Positions 1 to 7,783 of a stretch of DNA of 44,112 bases are shown one piece after another. The stretch covers positions 1 to 44,112 of the IMG/VR virus record IMGVR_UViG_3300029558_000015, one strand, 5' to 3'. The position numbers were made by a program, and so were the translations under genes. How positions within the stretch are numbered: position 1 is the first letter of the stretch; the number at the start of each line of letters is the position of its first letter. This DNA is from a virus. Under the pieces are notes generated by a model. The model was not told the origin of the DNA and did no database searches. It worked only from the letters and a program-made list of their open reading frames with translations.

Positions 1-115
1 AATAGATTATGAGGCCTATCGTCGAAATACAAATGGTCAACGGCTTTCCAGCAGAAAAATTTCGTTCCTTTCGTGCAATATATGTAGCACTTAAAAGATT
101 CTTTCAACGAGACCG
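1..115. repeat. Terminal direct repeat, copy 1 (identical to 43998-44112)
   Basis: Exact 115-nt identity read directly. It lies inside a coding sequence, so it looks like circular-assembly overlap rather than a biological terminal repeat. Confidence 0.9.
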
Positions 116-215
116 GTCTTGTCTTACGGATTTCCACCGTTTTCCAGCCCGAAAAGATACGGCTGCACCATTCAGGCCGGATGCTCAAAAGAACGGCAGT
201 TTCTTCCACGCTCAT
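1..215 (-). CDS. ASCH/PUA-like domain protein, 5' part (continues across the circular junction into 43661-43997; 183 aa in total)
   Basis: ATG at 215-213 follows GGGAGGAAAAGAA. The N-terminus MSVEETAVLLSIRPEWCSRIFSGWKTVEIRK fits the ASCH pattern. The frame runs uninterrupted into the ORF at the window end. ATGA overlap with the upstream stop. Confidence 0.7.
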   Translation of the reverse strand, partial: MSVEETAVLLSIRPEWCSRIFSGWKTVEIRKTRPVSLKESFKCYIYCTKGTKFFCWKAVDHLYFDDRPHNL

Positions 216-559
216 TTCTTTTCCTCCCACGGCAGCTTCGGAAGCGGCGTCCAAACGCGGACCGCCTCCGGGTTCTCTCTTGCGTACTGTAAGGACGTAG
301 CGACCGCGCAATGGGCACCGGCGCGGGCGATCAGAACGCGGCCGCAGCAGTCTCCGTCTTCTTCCTTCGGAGGCTCCTCTGCCGTGTAGCGCCAGCGCTG
401 GGCGTCCGCCGCTGCCGTCGGGGTGTTTTCCACAACGCAAACAAGCTGCTCCAACTCGTTTTCCATGTCCGGGTTATACCAGCCGCCCAGGATTTCTGGG
501 GCCAGGTCGCGGATTCTCTGGATCACGTCCTCCGCGTAGACCATACGTTTTTTGCTCAT
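212..559 (-). CDS. DUF551-like protein
   Basis: ATG at 559 follows GAAGGAGA. C-terminal W.PLPKLP motif is typical of DUF551. ATGA overlap with the upstream gene. Confidence 0.65.
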   Translation of the reverse strand: MSKKRMVYAEDVIQRIRDLAPEILGGWYNPDMENELEQLVCVVENTPTAAADAQRWRYTAEEPPKEEDGDCCGRVLIARAGAHCAVATSLQYARENPEAVRVWTPLPKLPWEEKK

Positions 560-1053
560 TTTGTAATCTCCTTCGGCGGCAGCGGCATCCACCCAACCAC
601 GGGAGAATCTACACGGTTATTGTAAACGTCATCCGGGTTGAAATAACGATATTCCCACCAGCCTTTAGGAATAAAGTAATCATCGCTTTCTTCATCGTAG
701 GTTCCCCACTCGAAAATTTCTTCCCAGTAGAAAGCGCTCTTTTGGGACAAGACTGTGCCATCTTCGTAGTGAGCCGTCGTAATCCCATATCCACCGCAGG
801 CGGTTTCAAACAGAATCAGCACATCTTCTTCGACCTTCGGCGGGTCGGTTTCAGGGTTGCGCCAGGCCGGGATTATCCTCTCCGGGTCGATGGTGGGAAG
901 GCTTTCGAGATCCGTCAGCTCACCTGCAACATTTTCACAGAACAGGGTGTCAGCATCTTTTCCTTTCGCTTCTTCCTCTGCAAGGTCTTTTTTCAAGATG
1001 TTTTCCAGCTCGCCAACATCGGCCAGCCGCACAATCTTCTTTTTCTCAGCCAT
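556..1053 (-). CDS. DUF551-like protein (tandem paralogue)
   Basis: 165-aa ORF with a GGAGG RBS. C-terminus GWMPLPP is the DUF551 hallmark. Confidence 0.65.
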   Translation of the reverse strand: MAEKKKIVRLADVGELENILKKDLAEEEAKGKDADTLFCENVAGELTDLESLPTIDPERIIPAWRNPETDPPKVEEDVLILFETACGGYGITTAHYEDGTVLSQKSAFYWEEIFEWGTYDEESDDYFIPKGWWEYRYFNPDDVYNNRVDSPVVGWMPLPPKEITK

Positions 1054-1228
1054 GTGTCAAAACCTCCGTTCTCTTGACATGGATGTCCCGGTACTCCGGG
1101 TAGTGGTCGCCCGCCATCTGGCAAGCGTGAAATTCTGCGGCCTGCTGGCTGCTGGCGGTCAGACGGTAGGTCAGGGCCGCGTCCCCTACCGGGCCGCTGC
1201 ACAGCACAACAACATGGTACTTAGGCAC
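1046..1228 (-). CDS. Small hypothetical protein (60 aa, GTG start)
   Basis: GTG at 1228-1226 lies 7 nt after AAAGGAGAG and overlaps the upstream stop. The longer ATG-less ORF 1046-1420 overlaps the replisome organiser gene and is not used. Confidence 0.55.
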   Translation of the reverse strand: MPKYHVVVLCSGPVGDAALTYRLTASSQQAAEFHACQMAGDHYPEYRDIHVKRTEVLTHG

Positions 1229-2060
1229 TCTTCGGCTCTCCTTTCTTGCGCAAAGGCCTGCGATTTGCAGCGTTTTTGAGGAAATCGGGGGCTTTTGCTG
1301 CATCTTCCGGGGGGCGCGTGACCAGCTTGTCCCGTCCCGCCCCGATGGGGTTTGTCTTGCGGTACTCCTCCACAGACGTGCAGCCTTGCCTGTCGGCCTC
1401 TTCCAGCGCCTTGCGGACATAGGCCCAGCTTCTGCCGCCCAGATCCCCGCACTTGCGGATGATCTCGGTCACAAGATCATCGCCCAGGCGTTCGATGTAA
1501 CCGGTCAGCTCTTTTTCGCTGTTAGCGCTCAACTTACCGATGTTTTCTCTAAAAAAATCCACAGGCGATATCGTCGTCCTCGTCCCTGTATAGGAGGAGT
1601 CATCTTTAGATGACGACGACTTATCTATATCTAATATCTTATCTCTAATATCTGTATGGACATTTTTGTGGACGTTTTCGTGGACATCCTGTGGACAATG
1701 TCCACAGTCAGAAGAGCTGATTAGACGTTGGTTCGTTCTTTGCAGTTTTTTTTGCGTTGCGTAGTCTGTCGCACTTCCGACCATTTCAGAGTGATTTGCA
1801 AGCACGAGCGTGCCGTCTTGCTCCTGATAAATCAGCCCAAGCTTCGCGTAAAGACCCAGCGCAACGCGCACAGTATCGGTAGAAAACCACTTGGTATCAC
1901 GCTGAATCTTGTCCACGTCATACGGAATGATCACCTCACCGATCTGCCGTGAAAGCCTGCCGTTGGTGTTGATGGTCATAAGACAGAGCATTTGGTACAA
2001 AACCACATAGTTTGCGCCGTTCTTCTGCCCCATGAGAAAATCCACCGCGTCAGACCGCAT
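1221..2060 (-). CDS. Phage replisome organiser (N-terminal phage_rep_org-like plus DnaD-like C-terminal domain)
   Basis: N-terminal pattern DAVDFL..QKNGANYVVLYQMLCL and a DnaD-like C-terminus (SWAYVRKALEEA). Coordinates use the first ATG. The conserved KRYYWLKLKDSF motif lies in frame upstream (to 2114) with no canonical start (see findings). Confidence 0.8.
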   Translation of the reverse strand: MRSDAVDFLMGQKNGANYVVLYQMLCLMTINTNGRLSRQIGEVIIPYDVDKIQRDTKWFSTDTVRVALGLYAKLGLIYQEQDGTLVLANHSEMVGSATDYATQKKLQRTNQRLISSSDCGHCPQDVHENVHKNVHTDIRDKILDIDKSSSSKDDSSYTGTRTTISPVDFFRENIGKLSANSEKELTGYIERLGDDLVTEIIRKCGDLGGRSWAYVRKALEEADRQGCTSVEEYRKTNPIGAGRDKLVTRPPEDAAKAPDFLKNAANRRPLRKKGEPKSA

Positions 2061-2161
2061 AAAGCTGTCTTTGAGCTTTAGCCAGTAGTATCTTTTTCCG
2101 GTAGCCGTGTGTCTTCACCTCCTCCCGCACGCCCGTATAGCCAGATAGCACAGCTGGGAGG

Positions 2162-2641
2162 TCAGAACGGAAGATCGTCATCGTCTGTGATCTCTGCAAA
2201 ATCATCTGCAGAACCCTGCGAGAAGCCCTGCGCCGCCTGCGGGGCGCTGTAAGAGGCTTTTGCTTCGGAGGTGTAACTTTCCGTCTGCTTGTCAAAATCA
2301 CGCACAGCGGGCTTGTCTGCCGCCTTTGCGCCGCAAAAGCTGACGTTGTTTGCCAGAACCTCCACTTTCGTGCGGTTGCTGCCCTGCTTGTCCTGATACG
2401 AGCGGGTCTGGATGCTGCCGTCAATGGCGATCATGCTGCCCTTCTGGAAGTACTTGCAGATATGCTCTGCCGTCTGCCGCCAGGCAACTACATCGATGAA
2501 ATCAGCCTTGCGCTCCCCACCCTTCGGGGTGTATGTACGGTCAACCGCAATGCTGAAGCTGCACACGCTGGTGCCGTTCTGGGTGGTCTTCAGCTCCGGG
2601 GTATGGGTCAGACGGCCCATCAATGCTACGATGTTAAGCAT
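2162..2641 (-). CDS. ssb: Single-stranded DNA-binding protein
   Basis: OB-fold N-terminus MLNIVALMGRLT..PEL and acidic tail DDDDLPF. GGAGGA RBS. Confidence 0.95.
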   Translation of the reverse strand: MLNIVALMGRLTHTPELKTTQNGTSVCSFSIAVDRTYTPKGGERKADFIDVVAWRQTAEHICKYFQKGSMIAIDGSIQTRSYQDKQGSNRTKVEVLANNVSFCGAKAADKPAVRDFDKQTESYTSEAKASYSAPQAAQGFSQGSADDFAEITDDDDLPF

Positions 2642-3272
2642 GCGTCAATCCTCCATCTTCTGCGCTATCACCAGCGCCGATCTCATAATCGATATTTGCG
2701 CCCATCAAGACCTCCGGGCATTCAGCGCGGGCAAAATAAGCGGCTGCGCGATATTTCAGCATCATTTCTGTCATGGAAGGCCAGAAACTTCCGTTTTTAT
2801 TCCACCATCCGTTCGTTTTGGCCATTGCAACGGTCACCTTGGGGCCTTCTACTTTCTCGCCGGTCACTTTGTCAATGCCTACAAGTCGGCACCCCCATGT
2901 GTCCTTTCCCTCTTCGCCTTCCATCCGGTAATGAGTGCGCCCTGCGAACAGGCCGCTGTTGTCGATCATGGCCTTGCAGCTCTTGCCGCTCCACGAAGGA
3001 TTACCGCGGATGACGTAAAGGTTCTGCATCACAAACGTTGGGTCCATGCCCATTCGGGTGGCCATGTTGCAGGCGACCGCGCAGGCAGCAACGTTTCCCT
3101 TGTAGCTCTGGGGAACCATTCCATCGGGAAGCTGTGCATAGGCTTTCCCCATGCTGCATGCAAGCTTCCAAGAATCCATGGCCGGGTTGATGGCCTGCAC
3201 GGAAGTCTGGGCTTCCTGCGGCTGAATCGGTGCAATCTGCTCGGCGGGTGTTTTTACGATTTCTTCAGGCAT
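2634..3272 (-). CDS. recT: RecT-family single-strand annealing recombinase
   Basis: RecT-like core (MQNLYVIRGNPSWSGKSCKAMI...KYRAAAYFAR). GAGGAGGA RBS. Sits directly upstream of ssb. Confidence 0.75.
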   Translation of the reverse strand: MPEEIVKTPAEQIAPIQPQEAQTSVQAINPAMDSWKLACSMGKAYAQLPDGMVPQSYKGNVAACAVACNMATRMGMDPTFVMQNLYVIRGNPSWSGKSCKAMIDNSGLFAGRTHYRMEGEEGKDTWGCRLVGIDKVTGEKVEGPKVTVAMAKTNGWWNKNGSFWPSMTEMMLKYRAAAYFARAECPEVLMGANIDYEIGAGDSAEDGGLTHA

Positions 3273-3885
3273 GATGAATGTCCTCCTCTACAAACTTTAC
3301 TTCAATAACATTGGCAAAACGCATGATTGCGTCCAATTCGGATTTTGTGCAGTGGAAAACGATCTTGCGGTCTCTTGCCTCCTCTTCCTGCGTGAACGAT
3401 GCAAATTCACCGTCGTCAAACTCGTCCGGGTCGAACCTTCCGTTGATCTCATAGGCGATTGCAGGCTTTGCCAGCTTGATCCTGTAGGGGTTCTGGTAAA
3501 CGCCTTTGTAATTGTCTGGCATTCCTCTGATCACTGCTTCATGGAGCATCTCTCGATACTCCATCATGTAACAAAAGTCTATGGAATCATAAGGCTCCGG
3601 CATGATTTGTTCCCCAGCGGCAGCGTGGATGATATCGACCAGACAAAGAAGCTTTCCGACGCGCCGGTAGATCGAATCAATCGTACTTCTCGTCACGGTA
3701 TCCGGAAGCTGATTTGAACGAGCAAAATTCGTAAAAAGTGCAATCGCATGGTTCACATCACTTGTCAGCTCGTTCCCGGTACTGATAAGCCGGAACAGCA
3801 CATTGTCTGTTCCAACATACTGGAAAATGCCCTCAGCCTTGTTGGAGAGCTCCTTCACGCGGGCTCTTCTGGATAAAATGCTCAT
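3265..3885 (-). CDS. Hypothetical early protein (206 aa)
   Basis: ATG at 3885 follows GGGAGGTG. ATGA overlap with the upstream small gene. No recognisable motif. Confidence 0.6.
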   Translation of the reverse strand: MSILSRRARVKELSNKAEGIFQYVGTDNVLFRLISTGNELTSDVNHAIALFTNFARSNQLPDTVTRSTIDSIYRRVGKLLCLVDIIHAAAGEQIMPEPYDSIDFCYMMEYREMLHEAVIRGMPDNYKGVYQNPYRIKLAKPAIAYEINGRFDPDEFDDGEFASFTQEEEARDRKIVFHCTKSELDAIMRFANVIEVKFVEEDIHHA

Positions 3886-4040
3886 TTGCGCCACCTCCCG
3901 TTTTTCCATGCCCGCCAGACCAGAAAGATCACGACCAGAACGTTGAATCCGATCCATAAGGTCAGCCCACGGGCCACCGCCTTTGCCGCCGGGGTGGAAA
4001 GTGCTCCCACGGCCCGGAACAGCAGCTCTGTTTTACTCAC
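3882..4040 (-). CDS. Small membrane protein (52 aa, GTG start), absent from the ORF track
   Basis: GTG at 4040 lies 7 nt after AAAGGAGA. It encodes the hydrophobic segment LTLWIGFNVLVVIFLVW. Stop overlaps the next ATG. Confidence 0.55.
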   Translation of the reverse strand: MSKTELLFRAVGALSTPAAKAVARGLTLWIGFNVLVVIFLVWRAWKNGRWRK

Positions 4041-4059
4041 TGTAAAATCTCCTTTCGTT

Positions 4060-4522
4060 CAAAAATACTTTGCTTTGCCTCTGCAGATCTTTGCATGTCT
4101 ATGCCTTTGCCGTACATTGCACACACCGCACAGCCGTTGCAAATCGTATCAAAGTGCTTCTTCGCTATGCCTTTGCGCTGCATAGCAGAGCGGCGCGTAT
4201 CTGCTCAACGCCCTTGCGATGCCTTGCCGCCCACACCACGCCCAGCCTTGCCTTCGCTTTTCGACACGAGGCCCTGCATTTCCTTTGCTTTGCTTATCGA
4301 GGCAAGTCTGATCCAGGCGATCTACGCCTATCTACGCCTTTGCGCTGCGCTTTCCAGCTGAGCCTTGCCTTTGCCCCGCGCTGCACTGCAGTGACTACCT
4401 GTGCCCCTGCTGAGCAAACTTGTCAGCACAATGCCGTTGCCGAGTTATGCGCACATATCCGCGCCTTTGCAAATCATATCATTGCCGTAGCAGATCAAAT
4501 CTCATCCATGCAATGCCGTTGC
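4060..4522 (+). repeat. Non-coding iteron array: at least 13 same-orientation copies of GCC(N0-1)TTGC plus three pairs of longer repeats (candidate origin or protein-binding array)
   Basis: TTGC occurs 21 times on one strand in about 450 bp. Longer pairs: GCCTTTGCGCTGC at 4169 and 4336; TTGCAAATC(G/A)TATC at 4137 and 4467; CAATGCCGTTGC at 4429 and 4511; tandem TCTACGCCT at 4321 and 4331. No RBS-supported ORF. Confidence 0.7.
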
Positions 4523-5152
4523 TCAGTCAATGATGTCAAAGGTGAAGCGGCCCTTTCCGCTGTTTCTCCACTGGCCGATGCCGCGCAGAACGCCGTAGTC
4601 CAGCCACTCCAAAACCGCATTCTCGAGCGATTCGTCCATGAGAAGGATCTCAAACTCGCAGGTGCTGCCTGCCGGGATCTCCTCAGAGTTGGCCAGGCTC
4701 ACACGCTCACCCTGGGCCGTCTGGGCACGCAGGGGGCGCTGGCAGTCGCCGATCTTGCCGTTAACCTTGATGGGGATCATGCGGGGCTGCGGGAAGATCA
4801 GGCCGTCGATGACCTTCTTGTAGGCGGAGAGCTTGCCGCTCTCGTTGACGGCCCGCTTCTTGCCTGTTTCTGTCTTGCCGCCTACGCGGGCCAGCATACC
4901 GCAGGAATCCTTGAAGAATCCCTTGACTTGGTAATCATATAAAACCGGCCCTCCGTTCTCGTTGCGGGGGAAGACGGTCATGCCCTTGTCTGCCACGGCA
5001 TCCGCGCCCAGAGCGGCAACCTCGTCCTCGATCGTGGCTGCATCCGGGCTCTTGCTGGCAATGAAATCCCGGGCGACGTTCTGGTTGGAGGGCCAAGTTC
5101 CCAGCACCGGCTCCAGGAAGGTGATCTTGACTTTCAGAATTTTGGTTTTCAT
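4523..5152 (-). CDS. Hypothetical protein (209 aa) with C-terminal GxGxxxxxGxG glycine-rich loop
   Basis: ATG at 5152 follows AGGAGA. Near the C-terminus is GIGQWRNSGKGRF, and YQVKGFFKD lies mid-protein. The family was not recognised. Confidence 0.6.
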   Translation of the reverse strand: MKTKILKVKITFLEPVLGTWPSNQNVARDFIASKSPDAATIEDEVAALGADAVADKGMTVFPRNENGGPVLYDYQVKGFFKDSCGMLARVGGKTETGKKRAVNESGKLSAYKKVIDGLIFPQPRMIPIKVNGKIGDCQRPLRAQTAQGERVSLANSEEIPAGSTCEFEILLMDESLENAVLEWLDYGVLRGIGQWRNSGKGRFTFDIID

Positions 5153-5196
5153 GCTGATTTCTCCTATATCTTGTGGTTTGCGTAATTCAAAATGCA

Positions 5197-5400
5197 TTAT
5201 CTTGCATACAGCAGGTTTCCCAGAGCGTCCCGCACCTGAATCATCTCATAGTGCCGGATGTTCTCATCTGCCCAGTGCTGGGCCTTAACGCTGGCGGGCT
5301 CCCCGGGGTATTCGTCCGGCGTGAGCGGATCTGCGAACTGCCTGACATCGCAGCCCCGAGGGTTCTTGCGGTAGGCGTAAGCATATACAGTCATGCTCAT
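5197..5400 (-). CDS. Hypothetical protein (67 aa)
   Basis: ORF is translationally coupled to both neighbours by overlapping start and stop codons. Confidence 0.5.
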   Translation of the reverse strand: MSMTVYAYAYRKNPRGCDVRQFADPLTPDEYPGEPASVKAQHWADENIRHYEMIQVRDALGNLLYAR

Positions 5401-5678
5401 GCGCCCCTCCGGTTCTGCCGGTACTCCGGCTCTTCGGTGCGGGCGTGGGTGCGGTCAACGCGGCCATAGCGGCGGGCGTTCTGCTCCCGATCCTGGGCGG
5501 CAAAGCCCAGCCGCAGGAACATCACCGCTGCCAGAACCAGGCACAGGGCCGTGGCAAACTGGCCGTCGGAGATGGCGCTGCCCGTCTGTGCACTGCCCTC
5601 GATGCCCATGCCGTACAGCAGACTTACGGCACCGCTGGCAGCAGCCAGCCAGTACCAGACGCGGGATTTGATCTTCAT
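5397..5678 (-). CDS. Membrane protein (93 aa, two hydrophobic segments)
   Basis: Segments WYWLAAASGAVSLLYGMGI and ATALCLVLAAVMFLRLGF. Coupled to neighbouring genes. Confidence 0.55.
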   Translation of the reverse strand: MKIKSRVWYWLAAASGAVSLLYGMGIEGSAQTGSAISDGQFATALCLVLAAVMFLRLGFAAQDREQNARRYGRVDRTHARTEEPEYRQNRRGA

Positions 5679-5929
5679 ATTTCCATTTCCTCCTTGTCGT
5701 TCTCATACGGGCGGACGATCTTGCGTCCGTGCCGGTGCATATACTCGATAAAACCGTCGATGTAGATCGTAGCCTGCCGCCGTTTGGTATCTTCCCGGGG
5801 GACTACCCATCCGTCATACTCGCCGTGTGCAACATTACTCCAGAACTTGTTCGGGCTCATCGGGACGAGATTTGCCCGGAACATCTCGCAGCACTCAGCA
5901 ACGCCTTTCATTGTGATTCTTTCGCTCAT
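5675..5929 (-). CDS. Hypothetical protein (84 aa), possible small DNA-binding or Xis-like protein
   Basis: ATG at 5929 lies 7 nt after AGGAGA. The functional guess rests only on size and position. Confidence 0.45.
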   Translation of the reverse strand: MSERITMKGVAECCEMFRANLVPMSPNKFWSNVAHGEYDGWVVPREDTKRRQATIYIDGFIEYMHRHGRKIVRPYENDKEEMEI

Positions 5930-5959
5930 GCCGCCATCTCCTTTCAAAATAAATGGGTT

Positions 5960-6175
5960 TTAGTAAACCATTATTTCTTCTGCTAATTTGCGGTTGTAGC
6001 CACAAAATACGGTATTGCCTGTGGTCTCGTTGCGCAGGGTGTAGCCCTCTCTGCTTTTCATAAAGCAATACTTGTACTCATGCCCGCTTTGGCTTTTCTC
6101 GGTGTAGCAGAACGGCTTGTAACGGTCTGCATGTGCAAGCGCCTTGCGAAAACCGGTCTTTGTCATTTTGCGCAC
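5960..6175 (-). CDS. Hypothetical protein (71 aa, GTG start)
   Basis: GTG lies 5 nt after GGAGA, just downstream of the Rha gene stop. Confidence 0.5.
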   Translation of the reverse strand: MRKMTKTGFRKALAHADRYKPFCYTEKSQSGHEYKYCFMKSREGYTLRNETTGNTVFCGYNRKLAEEIMVY

Positions 6176-6188
6176 CCCATCTCCTTCC

Positions 6189-6896
6189 TTAGAACATGCT
6201 GGTCTGGCCGTTGGTCTGCTGGATCAGCATCACGGTGTTGGTGCTGGGCTTCCAGCGCTGGATGTACTCCACGGCCTCGTCAAAGCGCTTGCGGGGAATG
6301 TTGTTTCTGCTGCTGACCCGGAACCACATCTGAATGTCCTTGTTGATCTCGCAGTAAACCATGCCCCGTACATGGGAATCGCCGTAGGCCGGGGCGTTCT
6401 TGCCGCCCAGAGCTTCCACAACAACGTGATTCACGGCATTCTTGAGGGAAAGCTGCTGGTCATAGTCCACGACCATGTTGTTTTCCAGCGCCGTGATCCG
6501 CTGCTCCTGCCTCTGGGTGCGGTCGTCCAGCAGGAACAGCGCCTGCAGCTCCTTGCTGAGCTTGGGCATCTGCGGAGTGGCCAGCTTCTTCTCCATCTCG
6601 TTGAACGCCTGGATGTACTTCAGCTTCCACTCCAGCGCCGCCTTGCCGGTAAAGCCCATCACCAGCAGGCTGAAACCGTCCCGGTTCATCAGGTACATGG
6701 GGTAGGTCTGGCCGTTCTGCTCGTGGGTGTACTCGGTTTTGTAGAACATGGGGGTATGCGAAGTTTTGCGCAGACCCCCTTCGAGGGTTTCGATTGCCTT
6801 AAGCACGTCGCGGTGGTTCTTCTCAAAACTCTCGGCAATCTGGCGGCTGGATGCAACCGGCTCGCCGTTCTGGGTAGATAAGATAATGTCTGTCAT
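6189..6896 (-). CDS. Rha-family phage regulatory protein with ORF6C-like C-terminal domain
   Basis: N-terminus ...VASSRQIAESFEKNHRDVLKAIE...YLMNRDGFSLLVMGFTGKAALEWKLKYIQAFNEME matches the Phage_pRha pattern. AAGGAGG RBS. Confidence 0.85.
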   Translation of the reverse strand: MTDIILSTQNGEPVASSRQIAESFEKNHRDVLKAIETLEGGLRKTSHTPMFYKTEYTHEQNGQTYPMYLMNRDGFSLLVMGFTGKAALEWKLKYIQAFNEMEKKLATPQMPKLSKELQALFLLDDRTQRQEQRITALENNMVVDYDQQLSLKNAVNHVVVEALGGKNAPAYGDSHVRGMVYCEINKDIQMWFRVSSRNNIPRKRFDEAVEYIQRWKPSTNTVMLIQQTNGQTSMF

Positions 6897-6906
6897 GTAA
6901 ACCTCC

Positions 6907-6936
6907 TTGTTGGGGTCTCCCTTCCCGTGGTATAAT
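6907..6936 (+). promoter_or_regulatory. Extended -10 promoter (TGgTATAAT) for the plus-strand gene 6959-7390, bracketed by a 9-bp inverted repeat
   Basis: TGGTATAAT at 6928-6936. TTGTTG lies about 18 nt upstream. The inverted repeat CTCCCTTCC / GGAAGGGAG is at 6917-6925 and 6942-6950. Confidence 0.55.
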
Positions 6937-6958
6937 CGGGCGGAAGGGAGGTGTTAAA

Positions 6959-7390
6959 ATGGAACAAAATGCTGGGATGTCTGTTTCGGACTGGTCTGGG
7001 TTGGTAGCAATGATCGTTTCGTTCTGTGCTTTGCTGTCTCCAATGCTGACCGCGCTTTGTAATAACTGGCATCAACAAAAAATGAAGCGGATGGACTATG
7101 AGCATCAGGAGCACGAGGAACGCATAAAACGTGAGCGTGAAATCTACGAGGGTTACATCCGTGCGGCTGGTGCGGCTATTCAGTCGCCCACAGTAGAAAA
7201 CCTGCAGGAATATGGCTCTCATTCGGCGCTGGCTGCTTACTACGTCCCAAAAGAAATCCAAAAAGATATTCTTGCAATGGATAAACTGATAAGCTACGAA
7301 ACATCCTTTGGTGATAAACTGGATGAAAAAGTGCAGCTTCTCAATAAAATCATTACAAGATTGCAGTCAAAAGAAGAACTCCCGTTGTAA
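6959..7390 (+). CDS. Membrane-anchored coiled-coil protein (143 aa), opposite-strand moron inside the early operon
   Basis: GGGAGGTG RBS. N-terminal TM segment GLVAMIVSFCALLSPMLTALC followed by a charged helical region. Confidence 0.65.
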   Translation: MEQNAGMSVSDWSGLVAMIVSFCALLSPMLTALCNNWHQQKMKRMDYEHQEHEERIKREREIYEGYIRAAGAAIQSPTVENLQEYGSHSALAAYYVPKEIQKDILAMDKLISYETSFGDKLDEKVQLLNKIITRLQSKEELPL

Positions 7391-7514
7391 GAATTCCGAT
7401 CACGATAGAGTACGGAAGATACCAACCAGAAATCTCCAAAGCCGCTTTCCGTGTGATCAGATTGCAGAGAACCACTGCAATCCAGACAACCAGAATGAGC
7501 TTTAACGAAAGCAC
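7353..7514 (-). CDS. Possible small two-TM membrane protein (53 aa, GTG start), absent from the ORF track
   Basis: This frame gives LKLILVVWIAVVLCNLI...YSIVIGILTTGVLLLTAIL. GAGGAGGTG lies upstream. It overlaps the 3' end of the convergent gene by 38 nt. Confidence 0.35.
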   Translation of the reverse strand: MLSLKLILVVWIAVVLCNLITRKAALEISGWYLPYSIVIGILTTGVLLLTAIL

Positions 7515-7531
7515 GGGTGTGGTTCACCTCC

Positions 7532-7783
7532 TCAGAGTGCGGTTTCCTGGGGCGGTTGCCGCTGCACTTGTATCGTTGTTAACACAGCTTCCAAATTTGC
7601 CTCAATGCTCAAATTCAGCAGCATTTTCCCGTGGCTGTATTGAGTGAACGAGTAGGCTCTCACGTTCTGGATAACCGTTTCATCTATTTGGCAGAAAATA
7701 CGATCGTCCAGCTGTGAAAGCTGAATCTCTTGCGTCCGGACTACCGGCTCCTGCGGTTCGCCTGTCTTTTTGTTATCGTTCAC
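7532..7783 (-). CDS. Hypothetical early protein (83 aa)
   Basis: ORF is coupled to the Cro-like gene (4-nt overlap). Confidence 0.5.
   Translation of the reverse strand: MNDNKKTGEPQEPVVRTQEIQLSQLDDRIFCQIDETVIQNVRAYSFTQYSHGKMLLNLSIEANLEAVLTTIQVQRQPPQETAL

Noticed and set aside
4060-4522. Possible CRISPR array
   Set aside because: The repeats are short (8-14 nt), irregularly spaced and not separated by uniform spacers. No cas genes are present.
4070-4942. 290-aa plus-strand ORF spanning the repeat region
   Set aside because: It has no RBS. The translation is dominated by repeat-derived AFA/LRC strings, and its 3' half is antisense to the well-supported gene 4523-5152.
7294-7527. 77-aa minus-strand ORF (GTG start)
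   Set aside because: The GTG is part of the GGAGG element itself (no spacer) and the composition is not protein-like. A different frame in the same stretch gives a convincing two-TM peptide.
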